Origin: an uncultured Candidatus Rokubacteria bacterium
Lineage (GTDB): Bacteria; Methylomirabilota; Methylomirabilia; Rokubacteriales; CSP1-6
Reading direction: 5' to 3'
DNA: 64,000 bases
Assembly (NCBI GenBank): GCA_963747235.1
Contig: CAVVEU010000024.1
Location: forward strand, 608,001 to 672,000
The translations under genes were made by a program, and so were the position numbers. The notes under the pieces were generated by a model. It saw only the letters and a program-made list of their open reading frames with translations, ran no database searches and was not told the DNA's origin. The stretch's first letter is position 1. Every line of letters starts with the position of its first letter. This document shows, piece by piece, positions 20,071 to 31,335 of the stretch.

Positions 20071-20526
20071 ACTGCGGCAGCGCGAAGTCCGGCGGCGAGG
20101 TCCTGGAAGACCACGCGGACCCGCTTGCCGATGGCCACGTTCGTCTCCGGCTCCGGGCGGAACTCGGGCGTCACCAGGTTGGCGATGACGCGCAGGGCCT
20201 CGTCCGGGGTGGGCGCGCCGCGCTGCTCGTCGAGCTCCACCAGCACCACCGCGTAGGGCGTCCACTCCTTGAAGCCGGGCTGGATCGCGTGGTGCACGAC
20301 CTCGTAGGAGTAGATGTGCCCACGCGCCGCTCACCGGCTTCCACTCCCACTCGAGCGACATGCACCACGGGCAGCCGTGGCTCGGCGGGTAGCGCATGAG
20401 CCCGCACGCCTTGCAGGCGCGGAGCATCAGGCGGTGGTTCGTGCGCGCGAGCTTGAAGTGCTCGCGCCACTCGGAGTCGTTCTCCGGGATCACCAGGTTC
20501 ATGCCGCGGTACTCGACGGAGGCCAT
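20018..20526 (-). CDS. Zn-ribbon/OB-fold (DUF35) thiolase partner; frameshifted
   Basis: CKAC...YPP..GCPWC, PYAVVLVELDE, IGKRVRVVF. Confidence 0.8.
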
Positions 20527-20528
20527 CG

Positions 20529-21745
20529 CTAGTTCCTCATGATGAGGGCGGAGCCGGTCGGCGGCATCGCCCAGCCGAGGTTCATGGTGATGCGCGCGTC
20601 CTCGCACCTGGCGGCACTTGCCGGGCGAGTAGTCGTAGCTGTGCTTGCCGTCCTCCCAGCCCGGGCAGTAGTCGTCCACCTGGCCGCGGAGCTGGCGCAC
20701 GTTCTCGATCACCATCGAGATGCCGTGGGTGTAGCCCTCGCAGAGGTGGCTGCCCGAGGTGTTGTTGGGCCGCTTGCCCCCGAGCTCGATGATGCCGCTC
20801 GAGACGTACTGGCCGCCTTCGCCCTTCTTGCAGAAGCCGTATTCCTCGAGCTGGAGCATGGTGGTGAACGTGAAGGCGTCGTAGGAGCCGGTGACGTTGA
20901 CGTCGTCCGGCTTGATGCCGGCCTGGCCGAACACGATGTCCTTGGCGTGGTAGCCCGCCACCCGGGTGATCGGCCCGTGGGCCCAGTGGAAGTCGGTGCG
21001 CGGCTTGTTGACCCGGCCCGCGACGCCCATGATGTAGACCGGCTTGCGGCGCAGGTCGCGCGCGCGCTCCGCGCTCGTGACGATCAGCGCGGTGGCGTTG
21101 TCGGTCTCCAGGCAGCAGTCCAGCAGGTGGAGCGGCTTGCAGATCCACCGGGAGCCGACCACGTCCGCCACCGTGACGCGCTCCTTGAGGAAGGCCTTCG
21201 GGTTCTGCGAGGCGTGCTTGCTGTGGGCCACCCGCACGTGGGCCACCTGCTCCGACGTGGTCCCGTACTCGTACATGTGGCGCATGAAGGTCGGCGCGAA
21301 GTTCTGGCCGGCGCTGCGCATGCCGAAGGGCACCTGGGCCAGGTCGAGGCCCGCGCACCGGCTGGGCCGCGCGGGCGCCGGTGCCGCCGATGCGGAAGTC
21401 GGAGTAGCCGTTCATCGAGCGGAAGATCGCCACCGTGTGGCACATGCCGGCCTCGATGGCGCCCATCGCGAGGCCGACGAGGGCCTCGGTGGAGGAGCCG
21501 CCGCCGAAGACGTCCATGTAGAAGTTGAGCCGGATGCCGAGGTCCGGCGCCACGCAGTTGGCGAAGACGGAGTCGCCGCTCTGGTAGGACATCATGCCGT
21601 CCACGCCGTCCTTGCCGAGGCCGGCGTCGCGCATGGCGTTGCGCACCGCCTCGACCGCCATCGCGCGCGTGCTGCGGGCGGACTGCCGGCTGTACTCGGT
21701 CTCTCCGACGCCGACGATGCAGTACTTGTCCTTGAGTGAGGCCAT
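20529..21745 (-). CDS. Thiolase-family (SCP-x/Ltp2-like) protein; frameshifted
   Basis: IVGVGET, PLHLLDCCLETD, YDAFT, NTSGSHLCEGY. Confidence 0.85.
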
Positions 21746-21767
21746 GGGGATCCTCCGCGCCGGGACT

Positions 21768-23042
21768 TTACGCGAGCGCGGCGGGGGGCGTCAAGCCAGG
21801 GATCGCGACGGCGGGCGGCCGGGCGAACCCGAGGAGGATCAGGGCGAGCGCGTTGAAGCCGGCGCCGAGCCACCACGCGAGCTGGTAGCTCGCCGGCGCG
21901 GTCGTAGATGAAGCCGGCCGCGAGCGGGCCCCACGCGGCCATCGAGCCGGCCAGCGCGAAGAGCAGCCCGGCGAGGCTCGCGGCCTGCTCGCGCCCGAAG
22001 TAGTCGGCGACCGCGGCGGGGAAGAGGGTGGAGCCGGCGCCGTAGGAGAAGCCGAAGAGGAGCGACGCCGCGTAGAGCCCGGGCAGCTCGCGGGCCAGGG
22101 CGAAGCCGACGAACGCGGCGGCCTGCAGCACGAGGGCCACCGCGAGGGCGGGCCGCCGCCCGATCCGATCCGACGCGCCGCCCATGAGCAGGCGGCCGAC
22201 CAGCGCGGCGGCGCCGAGCGCGCTGACGAGCGTCGCGGCCAGCAGCGGCGAGACGCCGAGCCCGCGGGCCATCGGCACCAGGTGCACGAGCGGGACGAAC
22301 ACCGGGATCCAGGTCGCGCTGAACACCGCGAAGAGCAGCCAGAACGCGCGGGTCCGCATCGCCCGGCCCGCCGTCCATGCGCTCCGGGCGCGCGGGCGCG
22401 CCCCGGGGGCTGCGCGTCGCCGTCGGGGTGGAGGCCGAGCGTCTCGGGGTCGCGCCGCATGAGGACGGCGAGCGCGTTGAGGGCGAGCAGGACCGCCACG
22501 CCGAAGACCACGTAGGCCCAGCGCCAGCCGAGCCGGCTCACCACGACGTGGGCGACCGGCGGCAGCGCGAAGGTGCCGAGGCTGCCGCCCGCGCTGGCCA
22601 GCCCGATCGCGAGGCCGCGGCGCCGCGTGAACCACTTCGCCACGGTGGCGTTGCACGGCACGTAGGCGGTGGACATCCCGAGCGCGGCCACGAGGCCGTA
22701 GCACACGTAGGGCTGCCACAGCGCGCTCACGCGGCTCATCGCGATGAGCCCGAGGCCCAGCAGGACGCCGCCGATCGCGATGACCACGCGCGGCCCCCAG
22801 CGATCGGTGAGCCGGCCCGAGACGAGGGCGAAGACCGCGTAGGTGAACGCGTAGAGCGAGAAGACCCCGGAGAGGCTGGCCCGGCTCCAGCCGAACTCGT
22901 CGATGAGGGCGGTGAAGAAGACGCCGAAGGCGTACTGGGTGCCGTAGGCCATGAAGAGGATCAGGAAGGCGCCCGCCACCACGATCCAGCCGTGGAAGAA
23001 ACGGGGCCGCCCCGGCCGATCGCCGGGGCTAACGACGGACAT
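21768..23042 (-). CDS. MFS transporter (MCT/OFA-like); frameshifted
   Basis: FGWSRA, GRLTDRWGPR, KWF.RRRGLAIG, SDRIGRR. Confidence 0.85.
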   Translation of the reverse strand: MSVVSPGDRPGRPRFFHGWIVVAGAFLILFMAYGTQYAFGVFFTALIDEFGWSRASLSGVFSLYAFTYAVFALVSGRLTDRWGPRVVIAIGGVLLGLGLIAMSRVSALWQPYVCYGLVAALGMSTAYVPCNATVAKWFTRRRGLAIGLASAGGSLGTFALPPVAHVVVSRLGWRWAYVVFGVAVLLALNALAVLMRRDPETLGLHPDGDAQPPGRARAPGAHGRRAGRCGPARSGCSSRCSARPGSRCSSRSCTWCRWPAGSASRRCWPRRSSARSAPPRWSAACSWAARRIGSGGGPPSRWPSCCRPPRSSASPWPASCPGSTRRRSSSASPTAPAPPSSPPRSPTTSGASRPRASPGCSSRWPARWPRGARSRPASSTTAPASYQLAWWLGAGFNALALILLGFARPPAVAIPGLTPPAALA

Positions 23043-24288
23043 CGTCGTCGGGCTGCTCCGCGGATCGCTCCGTGTCCAGGATGGGCGGCAGCGAGCCGCT
23101 GGGCTCGGTGCTCTCGATGCGGACGATGCGGTTGAGCCGCCCCACCGCGTCGCGAATGCGCCCACCGGCGCGGCGGCAGGTGCGGGCCCAGCCGCCTTCC
23201 TCGGTCTCCGCGGCCAGCCGGTCTTCCAGGAGCTGGCTGTAGCCCATGATGATCGCGAGCGGATTGTTGATCTCGTGGGCGGCCGCCTGGGCCAGGAGAT
23301 TCACCGACCGGAGCGACGCGGCCTCCCGTCGCGCCTCCTCGCCCGCGAGCCGCTCGGACGCGTCGCGGTAGATCACGATCTCGTAGCGGCGGCCCCGGTA
23401 CGCGACGGTGCGGCGCGAGCAGTCCACCGCGAGCGTCCGCCCGGAGGCGGTCATGAACGGCACGCTCAGGGCCCGCGACACGCCCGTCGCCCGCGCCTCG
23501 GGCGAGGGCTCCGGCCGGGCGGCGCCGCTCGCGCCGGACTCCGGCCAGAACTGGCGGGAGTCGCGGCCCAGCATCGCGTCGCGCGCGAAGCCGGAGAGCT
23601 CGCAGTCCGCGCGATTGCAGTCGAGGATGCGGTGGCTCTCGACGTCCACGATGCGGACGGCGTCGGTGGCGTCGTCGAGGACGGCGCGGAAGCGCTCGCG
23701 CTCCTGAGCCAGCAGCCGCCGCTCGATGATGCTCGCCATGAGCAGGGCGAGCATCGGGAGTCCGACCACGGTCAGGAGCAGATAGGACGGCCAGACGCGC
23801 GCGAACAGGGTCCGGCCGGGCTCGCCCAGCAGCCCGAAGCCGCCGAAGGTGATGAAGAACGTCCCCACCGCGAGCGCGAAGGCGTGATGGACCCGCACCC
23901 GCTCGGTCCCTCCCGCCCAGCGGTGCGCCAGCCCGGCCGCCACCGCCACCGCGACGATGACGACCACGCCCGGCATCGCGCCGGGGCCGCCCAGGTAGAT
24001 TCGATAGACCGCCGCGGCCAGCCCCGCGATGAGCGCGGGCCCCCAGCCCTCGAAGAGGCCGATGAGGGCGATCGGGATCGCGCGGCCGTCGATGAAGACG
24101 CCCTCGCGGGTCTCGATGCGAGAGATCATCAGGATCACCGTGATGGCGCCCCAGACCAGGCCCAGCGTGACGATCCAGAAGGGCCGGCGGCGCGGATCGT
24201 CGGGAGCGAACCAGCCGTAGGCCAGGGAGTAGAAGAGGACGCCGGAGACGACGATGCCCGTCGCCTCGAGCAGGTGGTGGTAGTCCAT
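23029..24288 (-). CDS. LytS/YhcK-type 5TM receptor + PAS + HisKA protein without an ATPase domain
   Basis: GVFIDGRAIPIALIGLFEG, PAS (ILDCNRADCELSGF), AHEINNPL; the protein ends about 70 aa after the His. Confidence 0.75.
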   Translation of the reverse strand: MDYHHLLEATGIVVSGVLFYSLAYGWFAPDDPRRRPFWIVTLGLVWGAITVILMISRIETREGVFIDGRAIPIALIGLFEGWGPALIAGLAAAVYRIYLGGPGAMPGVVVIVAVAVAAGLAHRWAGGTERVRVHHAFALAVGTFFITFGGFGLLGEPGRTLFARVWPSYLLLTVVGLPMLALLMASIIERRLLAQERERFRAVLDDATDAVRIVDVESHRILDCNRADCELSGFARDAMLGRDSRQFWPESGASGAARPEPSPEARATGVSRALSVPFMTASGRTLAVDCSRRTVAYRGRRYEIVIYRDASERLAGEEARREAASLRSVNLLAQAAAHEINNPLAIIMGYSQLLEDRLAAETEEGGWARTCRRAGGRIRDAVGRLNRIVRIESTEPSGSLPPILDTERSAEQPDDDVRR

Positions 24289-27097
24289 CAGCTCCGGCCG
24301 GCCGCCGCGCGCCCGGTGGGGCGGGGCAGCAGCTCGCGCAGGAACTTCCCGGTGTAGGACGCGCCGACCTGCGCGATCTGCTCGGGCGTGCCCTCGGCCA
24401 CCAGCTCCCCGCCCGCCGAGCCGGCCTCGGGGCCGAGGTCCACCACCCAGTCCGCGGTCTTGATCACGTCGAGGTGGTGCTCGACCACGAGCACGGTGTT
24501 GCCCGCCTCGACGAGGCGGTTGAGGACCAGGAGGAGCTTGCGCACGTCGTCGAGGTGGAGCCCGGTGGTGGGCTCGTCGAGGATGAAGAGGTGGTCGGTG
24601 GTCGGCCGCGCGGAGAGCTCCGCCGCGATCTTGAGCCGCTGGGCCTCGCCGCCCGACAGCTTGGTGGCGGGCTGGCCCAGCCGCAGGTAGCCGAGGCCGA
24701 CTTCCTGGAGCACCTTGAGCCGCCGCTGCAGCACCGCCTCGGAGGCGAAGAAGTCCACCGCCTCGTCCACGGTCTGCTGCAGGATCTGGCTGATGTCCCG
24801 GCTCTTGTAGGTGACCTGGAGCACGTCGGCGCGGTAGCGGCGGCCCTCGCACTCCTGGCAGGTCACGTACACGTCCTCGACGAAGTACATCTCGAGCTTC
24901 TGGAAGCCGTCGCCCTCGCACGTCTCGCAGCGGCCGCCGGGCACGTTGAACGAGAAGGCGCCGGGGCCCAGGCCGAGCGCCTGGGCGCGGGGCAGCCCCG
25001 CGAAGAGCCGCCGGATCTCGTCGAAGGCCTTCACGTACGTGACCGGATTGGAGCGGGGCGTGCGCCCGATCGGCTCCTGGTCGATGAGGCGGATGCCCTT
25101 GAGATGCTGCAGGCCACGCAGCTCGTCGTGGGCGCCCGCGACCGCGAAGTCCACCTTGAAGTGCCGGGCCACCGCCCGGTAGAGCGTGTCGTGCACGAGC
25201 GTGGATTTCCCGGAGCCGGACACCCCGGTGACGCAGGTCAGGGTGTGCAGCGGGATCCGCACCGTGACGTCCTTCAGGTTGTTCGCGCGGGCGCCCTTGA
25301 GGACGAGGGAGCGGCGGCCTTCCCGGCGCGCGAGCGGCAGGGGAATCGTGTCGCGGCCGCTCAGGTAGCGCGCGGTCAGCGAGCGCGGGTCCTTGCGGAA
25401 CTCGGCCTGCGTGCCCGCGAACACCATGGCGCCGCCGCGCTCGCCCGAGCCGGGGCCCATCTCGATCACGTAGTCGGCCGCCTCGATCAGCGCGCGATCG
25501 TGCTCGACGATCACCACCGTGTTGCCCCCCGAGGCGAGCTCGCGGCAGAGCTCGGCCAGCCGCGCGGTGTCCCGCGGGTGGAGCCCGATGGACGGCTCGT
25601 CGAGCACGTAGAGCGTGCCGGTGAGCTGGGCCCCGAGCTGATTGGCGAGATTGATCCGCTGCGCCTCGCCCGCCGGACAGGGTGCGCGTCTGCCGCCCGA
25701 GGGTGAGGTAGCCGAGGCCCACGCGGAGCAGGAAGGAGAGCTTCGCCCGCAGCATCTTGAGCACGTCGCGCGCCACCCCCGCCTCCCAGGGGGAGAGCGG
25801 CAGCGTCGCGAAGAGCGCGTCCAGATCCTCGATGGTCCTGTCCCCGAGCTCGGCGATGCTGGCGCCGCCCACGCGAACCGCGAGGGCCTCGGGCCGCAGG
25901 CGCCGGCCCTCGCAGCGCGGGCAGGGCGACTGGCTGCGGTAGCGCGAGAGGAAGACACGGACGTGGAGCTTGTAGCGGTACGACTCCACCTCCTCGAAGA
26001 AGCCGCGGATGCCGGTGAGCCCGCCGCCGCCGTCGTAGACCCACTTCCGGTCCTCGGCGGACAGCTCCGCGTAGGGGCGGCTCACGTCGACGCCGCGCTT
26101 CTTGGCCGCCTTGAGGAGCTGCTTCTGGTACCAGCGGCCCGAGGGATGCGACCAGGGCTCGACCGCGCCCTCGGCCAGGCTCTGGGTGGGATCCGGCACC
26201 ACGCGGGCCTCGTCGTAGCGCAGCACGTTGCCGAAGCCCTTGCACTCGGGACACGCGCCGAGCGGGTGGTTGAACGAGAAGAGCAGGGGCCGCGGCCGCG
26301 CCAGCGCCACCCCGCAGGACGGGCAGTGGAAGTCGCGGCTCACCGTGACGATGCCGCGCTCGAGCAGATCCACGCTGGCCCGGCCCTCGCCCTCGGCGAG
26401 CGCGGTCTCCAGGGAATCGGTGATCCGACGGCGGCTGTCCGGGCCGACCACGACGCGATCGAGCACCACCGCGAGGCGCGCCGGGTCGAGGTCGGCGGGC
26501 ACGCCGTCGGGGCGGGCCGTCACCTCGGCCAGGTCCAGCACGGTGTCTCCCGCCTTCACCCGGGCGAAGCCGCGCTGGAGCAGGGTGGCGAACAGCGCGC
26601 GCGGGTCGCGGCCCGCCTCCACGGGCAGGGGAAAGCAGATGAGGGCGCGCGCGCCCGGGATGATCGCGCAGGAGGGCGTCGGCGACCTGGTCGGCCGAGT
26701 CGCTCCGCGCCTCCGCCCCGCAGGTGGGGCAGTGCACGCGGCCGATCTTGGCGAAGAGCAGGCGGAGGTAGTCGTGCAGCTCGGTGGCGGTGCCCACCGT
26801 GGAGCGCGCGGTGCGCACCGGGTTCTTCTGCTCGAGCGCGATGGCGGGCCGGATGTGCTCGATGCGGTCCACGTCGGGCCGGTCGAGGCGCTCCAGGAAC
26901 ATGCGGGCGTAGGTGGACAGCGACTCGATGTAGCGCCACTGGCCTTCCGCGAAGAGCGTGTCGAAGGCCAGGGAGGACTTGCCCGAGCCGGAGACCCCGG
27001 TGATCACGGTGACGCGGTCGTGGGGGATGTCGACGGAGACGTTCTTCAGGTTGTTCTGCCGGGCTCCCTCGATCCGGAGCCAGACGGGCTGGGACAT
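24288..27097 (-). CDS. uvrA: Excinuclease ABC subunit A; apparent frameshifts near 26650 and 25670
   Basis: GARQNNLKN, two [12 protein letters not shown], Zn-finger CxxC pairs, two [12 protein letters not shown]. Confidence 0.92.
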
Positions 27098-27194
27098 TCG
27101 AGCGATCCTCCTGAGATGGGAAGTCTACGCGACGGCCCGGGGGCCTTCAATAGCGCGGCGCGCGGTGCGGCCCACGCGAGGACGCGCGTGACGC

Positions 27195-27223
27195 TTGACA
27201 CGCGACGCGCGAGCCGGTACTCT
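27195..27223 (+). promoter_or_regulatory. sigma70-type promoter
   Basis: TTGACA-N17-TACTCT. Confidence 0.75.
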
Positions 27224-27230
27224 CCTGATC

Positions 27231-27249
27231 CGTAATGAGAACCATTCCT
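27231..27249. promoter_or_regulatory. Fur/PerR-box-like operator
   Basis: CGTAATGAGAACCATTCCT matches the Fur box at 12/19 positions, with a palindromic AATG-N5-CATT core. Confidence 0.6.
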
Positions 27250-27726
27250 AAAAAGCAACTGCCCCCGATGGCGGAGGGCGCCGAGAGCGCGCTCCGCGCC
27301 CGCGGGCTCCGGCTCACCGGGCCCCGCCGGGTCGTGCTCGACGTGGTGCGGGCCACCGAGTCGCATCCCACCGCGGAGTGGGTGCACCAGATGGTCCGTC
27401 GCCGCCTGCCGCGCGTGAGCCTGGGCACGGTGTATCGCAACCTGCGCCTGCTGGTGGCCGAGGGGCTGGTGAAGGAGCTGGCCGGCCCGCACGCGCGCTT
27501 CGACGGCAACCTGAGCGAGCACCACCACTTCACCTGCCTGGGCTGCGGCCGCATCAGCGACGTGCAGGCGCCGACCAGCGACCCCCACTCCCGCGCCCTG
27601 TGCGGGCGGGTGGCCGCCCAGAGCGGGGGAAGCGTCACCCATCATCGCATCGAGTTCTACGGCCGCTGTTCCGAGTGCCAGCGCCGCGCCGGTGGTCGCG
27701 CGCGGAGCCGGCGCCCGACGCCGTAG
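27235..27726 (+). CDS. Fur family regulator (PerR-like); alternative start at 27268
   Basis: [30 protein letters not shown]. Confidence 0.9.
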   Translation: MRTIPKKQLPPMAEGAESALRARGLRLTGPRRVVLDVVRATESHPTAEWVHQMVRRRLPRVSLGTVYRNLRLLVAEGLVKELAGPHARFDGNLSEHHHFTCLGCGRISDVQAPTSDPHSRALCGRVAAQSGGSVTHHRIEFYGRCSECQRRAGGRARSRRPTP

Positions 27727-27784
27727 CTCGGCGGGCCGCCGCCCCCCGAGCCGCCGCCACCATCAACCGAAGGGAGGAGTCACC

Positions 27785-28234
27785 ATGGCTGGAAAGCCTC
27801 TGAAGGGCAGCAAGAGCGTGGACAACCTCAAGGACGCCTTTGCGGGCGAGTCGCAGGCCAATCGCCGGTATCTGTACTTCGCGCGGGTCGCCGACATCGA
27901 GGGGTTCCCGGACATCGCGGGGCTCTTCAAGGACACCGCCGACGCCGAGACCGGCCACGCCTTCGGCCACCTCGACTTCCTCAAGGAAGTGGGCGACCCG
28001 GCCACCGGGGAGCCCATCGGCAAGACCGAGAAGAACCTGAAGTCCGCCGTCGCGGGCGAGACCTACGAGTACACCCAGATGTACCCGGGCATGGCCAAGA
28101 CCGCGCGGGACGAGGGGTTCCCGGAGCTGGCCGAGTGGTTCGAGACGCTCGCCAAGGCCGAGAAGTCGCACGCGGGCCGCTTCACCAAGGGCCTCAACCA
28201 GGTCGCGGGCAAGGAGCCGGCCGACGCCATCTAG
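27785..28234 (+). CDS. rbr: Rubrerythrin (short, no rubredoxin domain)
   Basis: [28 protein letters not shown]. Confidence 0.92.
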   Translation: MAGKPLKGSKSVDNLKDAFAGESQANRRYLYFARVADIEGFPDIAGLFKDTADAETGHAFGHLDFLKEVGDPATGEPIGKTEKNLKSAVAGETYEYTQMYPGMAKTARDEGFPELAEWFETLAKAEKSHAGRFTKGLNQVAGKEPADAI

Positions 28235-28324
28235 TCGGGCCCTCGATGGGATCCGGGCCGGGCGCCGCGGCGGGAGCCGGCGCCCGGCCTCCTCACCGCT
28301 CCGTTCCCCACTCGTGAGAGGACG

Positions 28325-29604
28325 ATGACACTCGACATTCGCGTCCCGGACTTCTGGCAGCTCGACCGCGTCGACACCGAGCTGCGCCGGGTCTACGACA
28401 TCTGCGCGGGCTGCCGGCGCTGCCTGCCCCTCTGCCCCTCGTTCCGGGTCATGTTCGACCGGCTGGACGTGGACGCGGTGGACGGCGACGTCGAGAAGCT
28501 GCCCGCGGCGGACGTCAAGGAAGTCGTCGATCTCTGCTACCAGTGCAAGCTCTGCTACAACCACTGTCCCTACACGCCGCCGCACCGCTGGGCGGTGGAC
28601 TTCCCGCGCCTCATGCTGCGGGCCCGCTCCGCGGAGGCGCGCGCCCACGGCGTGACCCTGCAGGATCGCTTCCTCGGCAACACCGAGCTGGTCGGGCGCA
28701 TCGGCAGCCTCACCGCGCCGATCTCCAACTGGATGAACGCGGTGTGGGTCAATCGCAAGTTCATGGAGAAGGCGGTCGGCATCCACGCCCGGCGCAATCT
28801 GCCGCCCTTCCACCGCGAGACGTTCTCGCGCTGGTTCGACCAGCGCAAGGCGCCCGCCGCGGACCGCGCCGGCGCAGGACCGCGTGGCGTTCTTCACCAC
28901 GTGCTCGGTTGAGTACAACGATCCCGCCACCGGGAAGGCCGCGGTGGCGGTGCTCGAGAAGAACGGGGTGGACGTGTCGCTGCCCGCCCAGCGCTGCTGC
29001 GGGATGCCCTACCTCGACGGCGGGCGCGGTCACCGAGGCCAAGCGGCTGATCGCGGCCAACGTCAAGAGCCTCGCCGAGCAGGTCCGGCTGGGGCGCGAG
29101 ATCGTCGTGCCGGGGCCGACGTGCTCCTACATGCTCAAGCAGGAGTATCCCTGGCTCGACGGCTCGGACGACGCCAACCTGGTCGCGGCGCACACGCGCG
29201 ACCTCTTCGAGTACCTCGCGGCGCTGCACGAGAAGGGCCGCCTCGACACGAGCTTCCCGAACGCGCCGGGCACGATCGCCTACCAGCTGCCCTGCCACCT
29301 GAAGGCCCAGAACATGGGCACGCGCTCCGCCGACGTGCTGCGCCTGACCGGGGCGCCGGTCGAGGTGATCGAGCGGTGCTCGGCGGTGGACGGCACCTGG
29401 GGCATGAAGACGGAGTACTTCGAGCTGTCCATGAAGCTGGCGGAGCCGCTGTTCCGGGACGTCGAGGCGGCCAAGCCCGATCGGGTCGCCACCGACTGCC
29501 CGCTCGCCGCGCTGCAGATCCACCAGGGCACCGGGCGGACCGCGCGGCATCCCATCCAGATCCTGGCCGAGGCCTACGGCCTCGATCCGGAGAGTCCGGC
29601 GTGA
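28325..29604 (+). CDS. Rubrerythrin-associated Fe-S oxidoreductase (GlpC/Hdr-like); two apparent frameshifts
   Basis: [41 protein letters not shown]. Confidence 0.85.
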
Positions 29605-30193
29605 CCGCGCAGATCCGCCTCGGCGACGTCATCAACTTCTTCGAGTACGAGAAGGTGCGCGAGGACCGACGGCGCCGCGTGATCGAGCTGAAGGAGAGGC
29701 GGCGGGTCGAGGTCGGACCGTACCTGTCGTTCGTCTTCGAGAACCGGGCGACGCTCCTGTTCCAGATCCAGGAGATGTGCCGCGCGGAGCGCATCAGCGA
29801 CGACGCCAAGGTACAGGAAGAGATCGACGTCTACAGCGCGCTGCTCCCCGGGCCGGGCGAGCTCTCGGCCACGCTGTTCATCGAGATCGCCGACAAGGAT
29901 CAGATCAAGCCGGTGCTGGACCGCTTCATGGGCATCGACACCGGCCATCACGTGTGGATCGAGATGGTGGGCGGCCTCCGGGTGCCCGGGGTCTTCGAGG
30001 CGGGCCACTCCGACGAGGAGAAGGGCAAGCTCGCCGCCGTCCACTTCGTGCGCTTCGTCTTCTCCGACGAGGCGATGCGCGCCTTCCGCGACGCTCCGCG
30101 GTGGACCTGGTGACCGATCACCCCGCCGCGCGCGCGCGCGCCCGCCTGTCCGACGAGACCAAGGCCGAGCTGCTGACCGACCTCGTCGCCTGA
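29601..30193 (+). CDS. DUF3501 family protein; apparent frameshift near 30095
   Basis: RRVEVGP..SFVFEN..T..FQIQEM.RAE, ATLFIE, AVHFVRF; expected synteny with rubrerythrin. Confidence 0.85.
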
Positions 30194-30219
30194 CGGGCGC
30201 GCGGCGGCGCCGCGCGCGG

Positions 30220-30924
30220 CTACTGCATGATCCAGAACCAGACGTAGTAGACCAGCGGTCAGGATGAAGCCGAACCAGAGGGTGCCCTTCACGGTGGCGA
30301 GCGGCTTGGCCGCGCCCTTGCCCGGCGTGCCCACCAGCGCGTTGATCTCGACCAGCACCATGATCGCGAGCGCCACGACCCAGAAGACGAGTCCCGACTT
30401 GCCGACGGTGAGGCCGCGGCAGGTGGCTGCGCCGCGCCCATGAAGAAGAGCATCGGGATCGAGATCACCACGTTGGTGCGGGAGGCCAGCCCGCCCGCGC
30501 CCCCGCCGCAGCCGCGGCCGGGTTGGCCGGCTTGCCCGCCGCGGTGTCGAGCGCGTTCTGGATCACGATCTTGTTCCGGGGCCAGATCACGAACCACACG
30601 TTGGCCCACATGATCGATCCCAGGAGGCCGCCCAGCAGGATCTTCCACGTGCCCGGGTCGTTGATGCCGCGGAGCCCCGAGCCAGTAGTGGAGCAGGTAG
30701 ATCCAGCCGGAGAGGAAGGTGATCATCGCGCCCCACCGGAACCACCACATCACGCGGGGCAGCAGCTTCTGCTGCGCACCCGAGCGGACCCCCGGCTCGG
30801 TCTCCGCGAAGAAGGGGACCTGGGCGAAGTTGAGGTAGTACAGGAGGCCGATCCAGGTGATACCCGCCAGGAAGTGAATCCAGCGCAAGAGGAACAGCCA
30901 GCCCTCGGAGCTCATCAGTGCCAT
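30220..30924 (-). CDS. Urate_ox_N/PuuD-like membrane protein; several indels
   Basis: LRWIHFLAGITWIGLLYYLNF, WWFRWGA, NVWFVIWP, SRTN..SIPMLFFM. Confidence 0.7.
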
Positions 30925-30981
30925 CGCTACCCTCCCGGGAAAGACCGCGGATCAGTCACTGCATCGAGCCCTCGAGCCTAG

Positions 30982-31215
30982 TCAGGCGTCGTCCTTGTCG
31001 TCGTCATCCTCATCCTCGTCGTCGTCCTCCTCGTCGTCGTCGAGGTCATCGTCGAGATCGTCGTCGTCGAAATCGTCATCGTCGTCGAAGTCATCGTCCT
31101 CGTCGTCGAGGTCGTCGTCGTCCTTGTCCTTGTCCTCGTCCTTGTCCTCGTCGTCCGGCGCGAGCAGCGGCGTCTGCTCTTCTTCGATCCACGGGTGATT
31201 GCCGAGGCTGACCAT
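30982..31215 (-). CDS. Extremely acidic small protein (77 aa, 50 D/E)
   Basis: GGAGGAG RBS, ATG at 31215, own promoter, varied GAC/GAT/GAG codons. Confidence 0.65.
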   Translation of the reverse strand: MVSLGNHPWIEEEQTPLLAPDDEDKDEDKDKDDDDLDDEDDDFDDDDDFDDDDLDDDLDDDEEDDDEDEDDDDKDDA

Positions 31216-31255
31216 GTGAAGCTCCTCCCGAGGTAAGGCCTTTACGCTGGGCGGG

Positions 31256-31283
31256 ATTATAGCAAAGGGGGTTTGGGTGTCCA
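31256..31283 (-). promoter_or_regulatory. sigma70-type promoter with extended -10
   Basis: TGGACA-N16-TATAAT with TGc immediately before the -10 box. Confidence 0.7.
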
Positions 31284-31308
31284 CGCCATTTTGCCCGTTG
31301 CGCGCGAC

Positions 31309-31335
31309 TTATCCACTTATCCCCACTCATCCACA
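31309..31335 (+). promoter_or_regulatory. Three tandem DnaA-box-like nonamers
   Basis: TTATCCACT, TTATCCCCA and TCATCCACA, each 8/9 to TTATCCACA. Confidence 0.6.

Noticed and set aside
23029-26622. 1197-aa UvrA-sensor kinase fusion
   Set aside because: Artefact of the uvrA indel near 25670 joining frames; the sensor has its own ATG at 24288.
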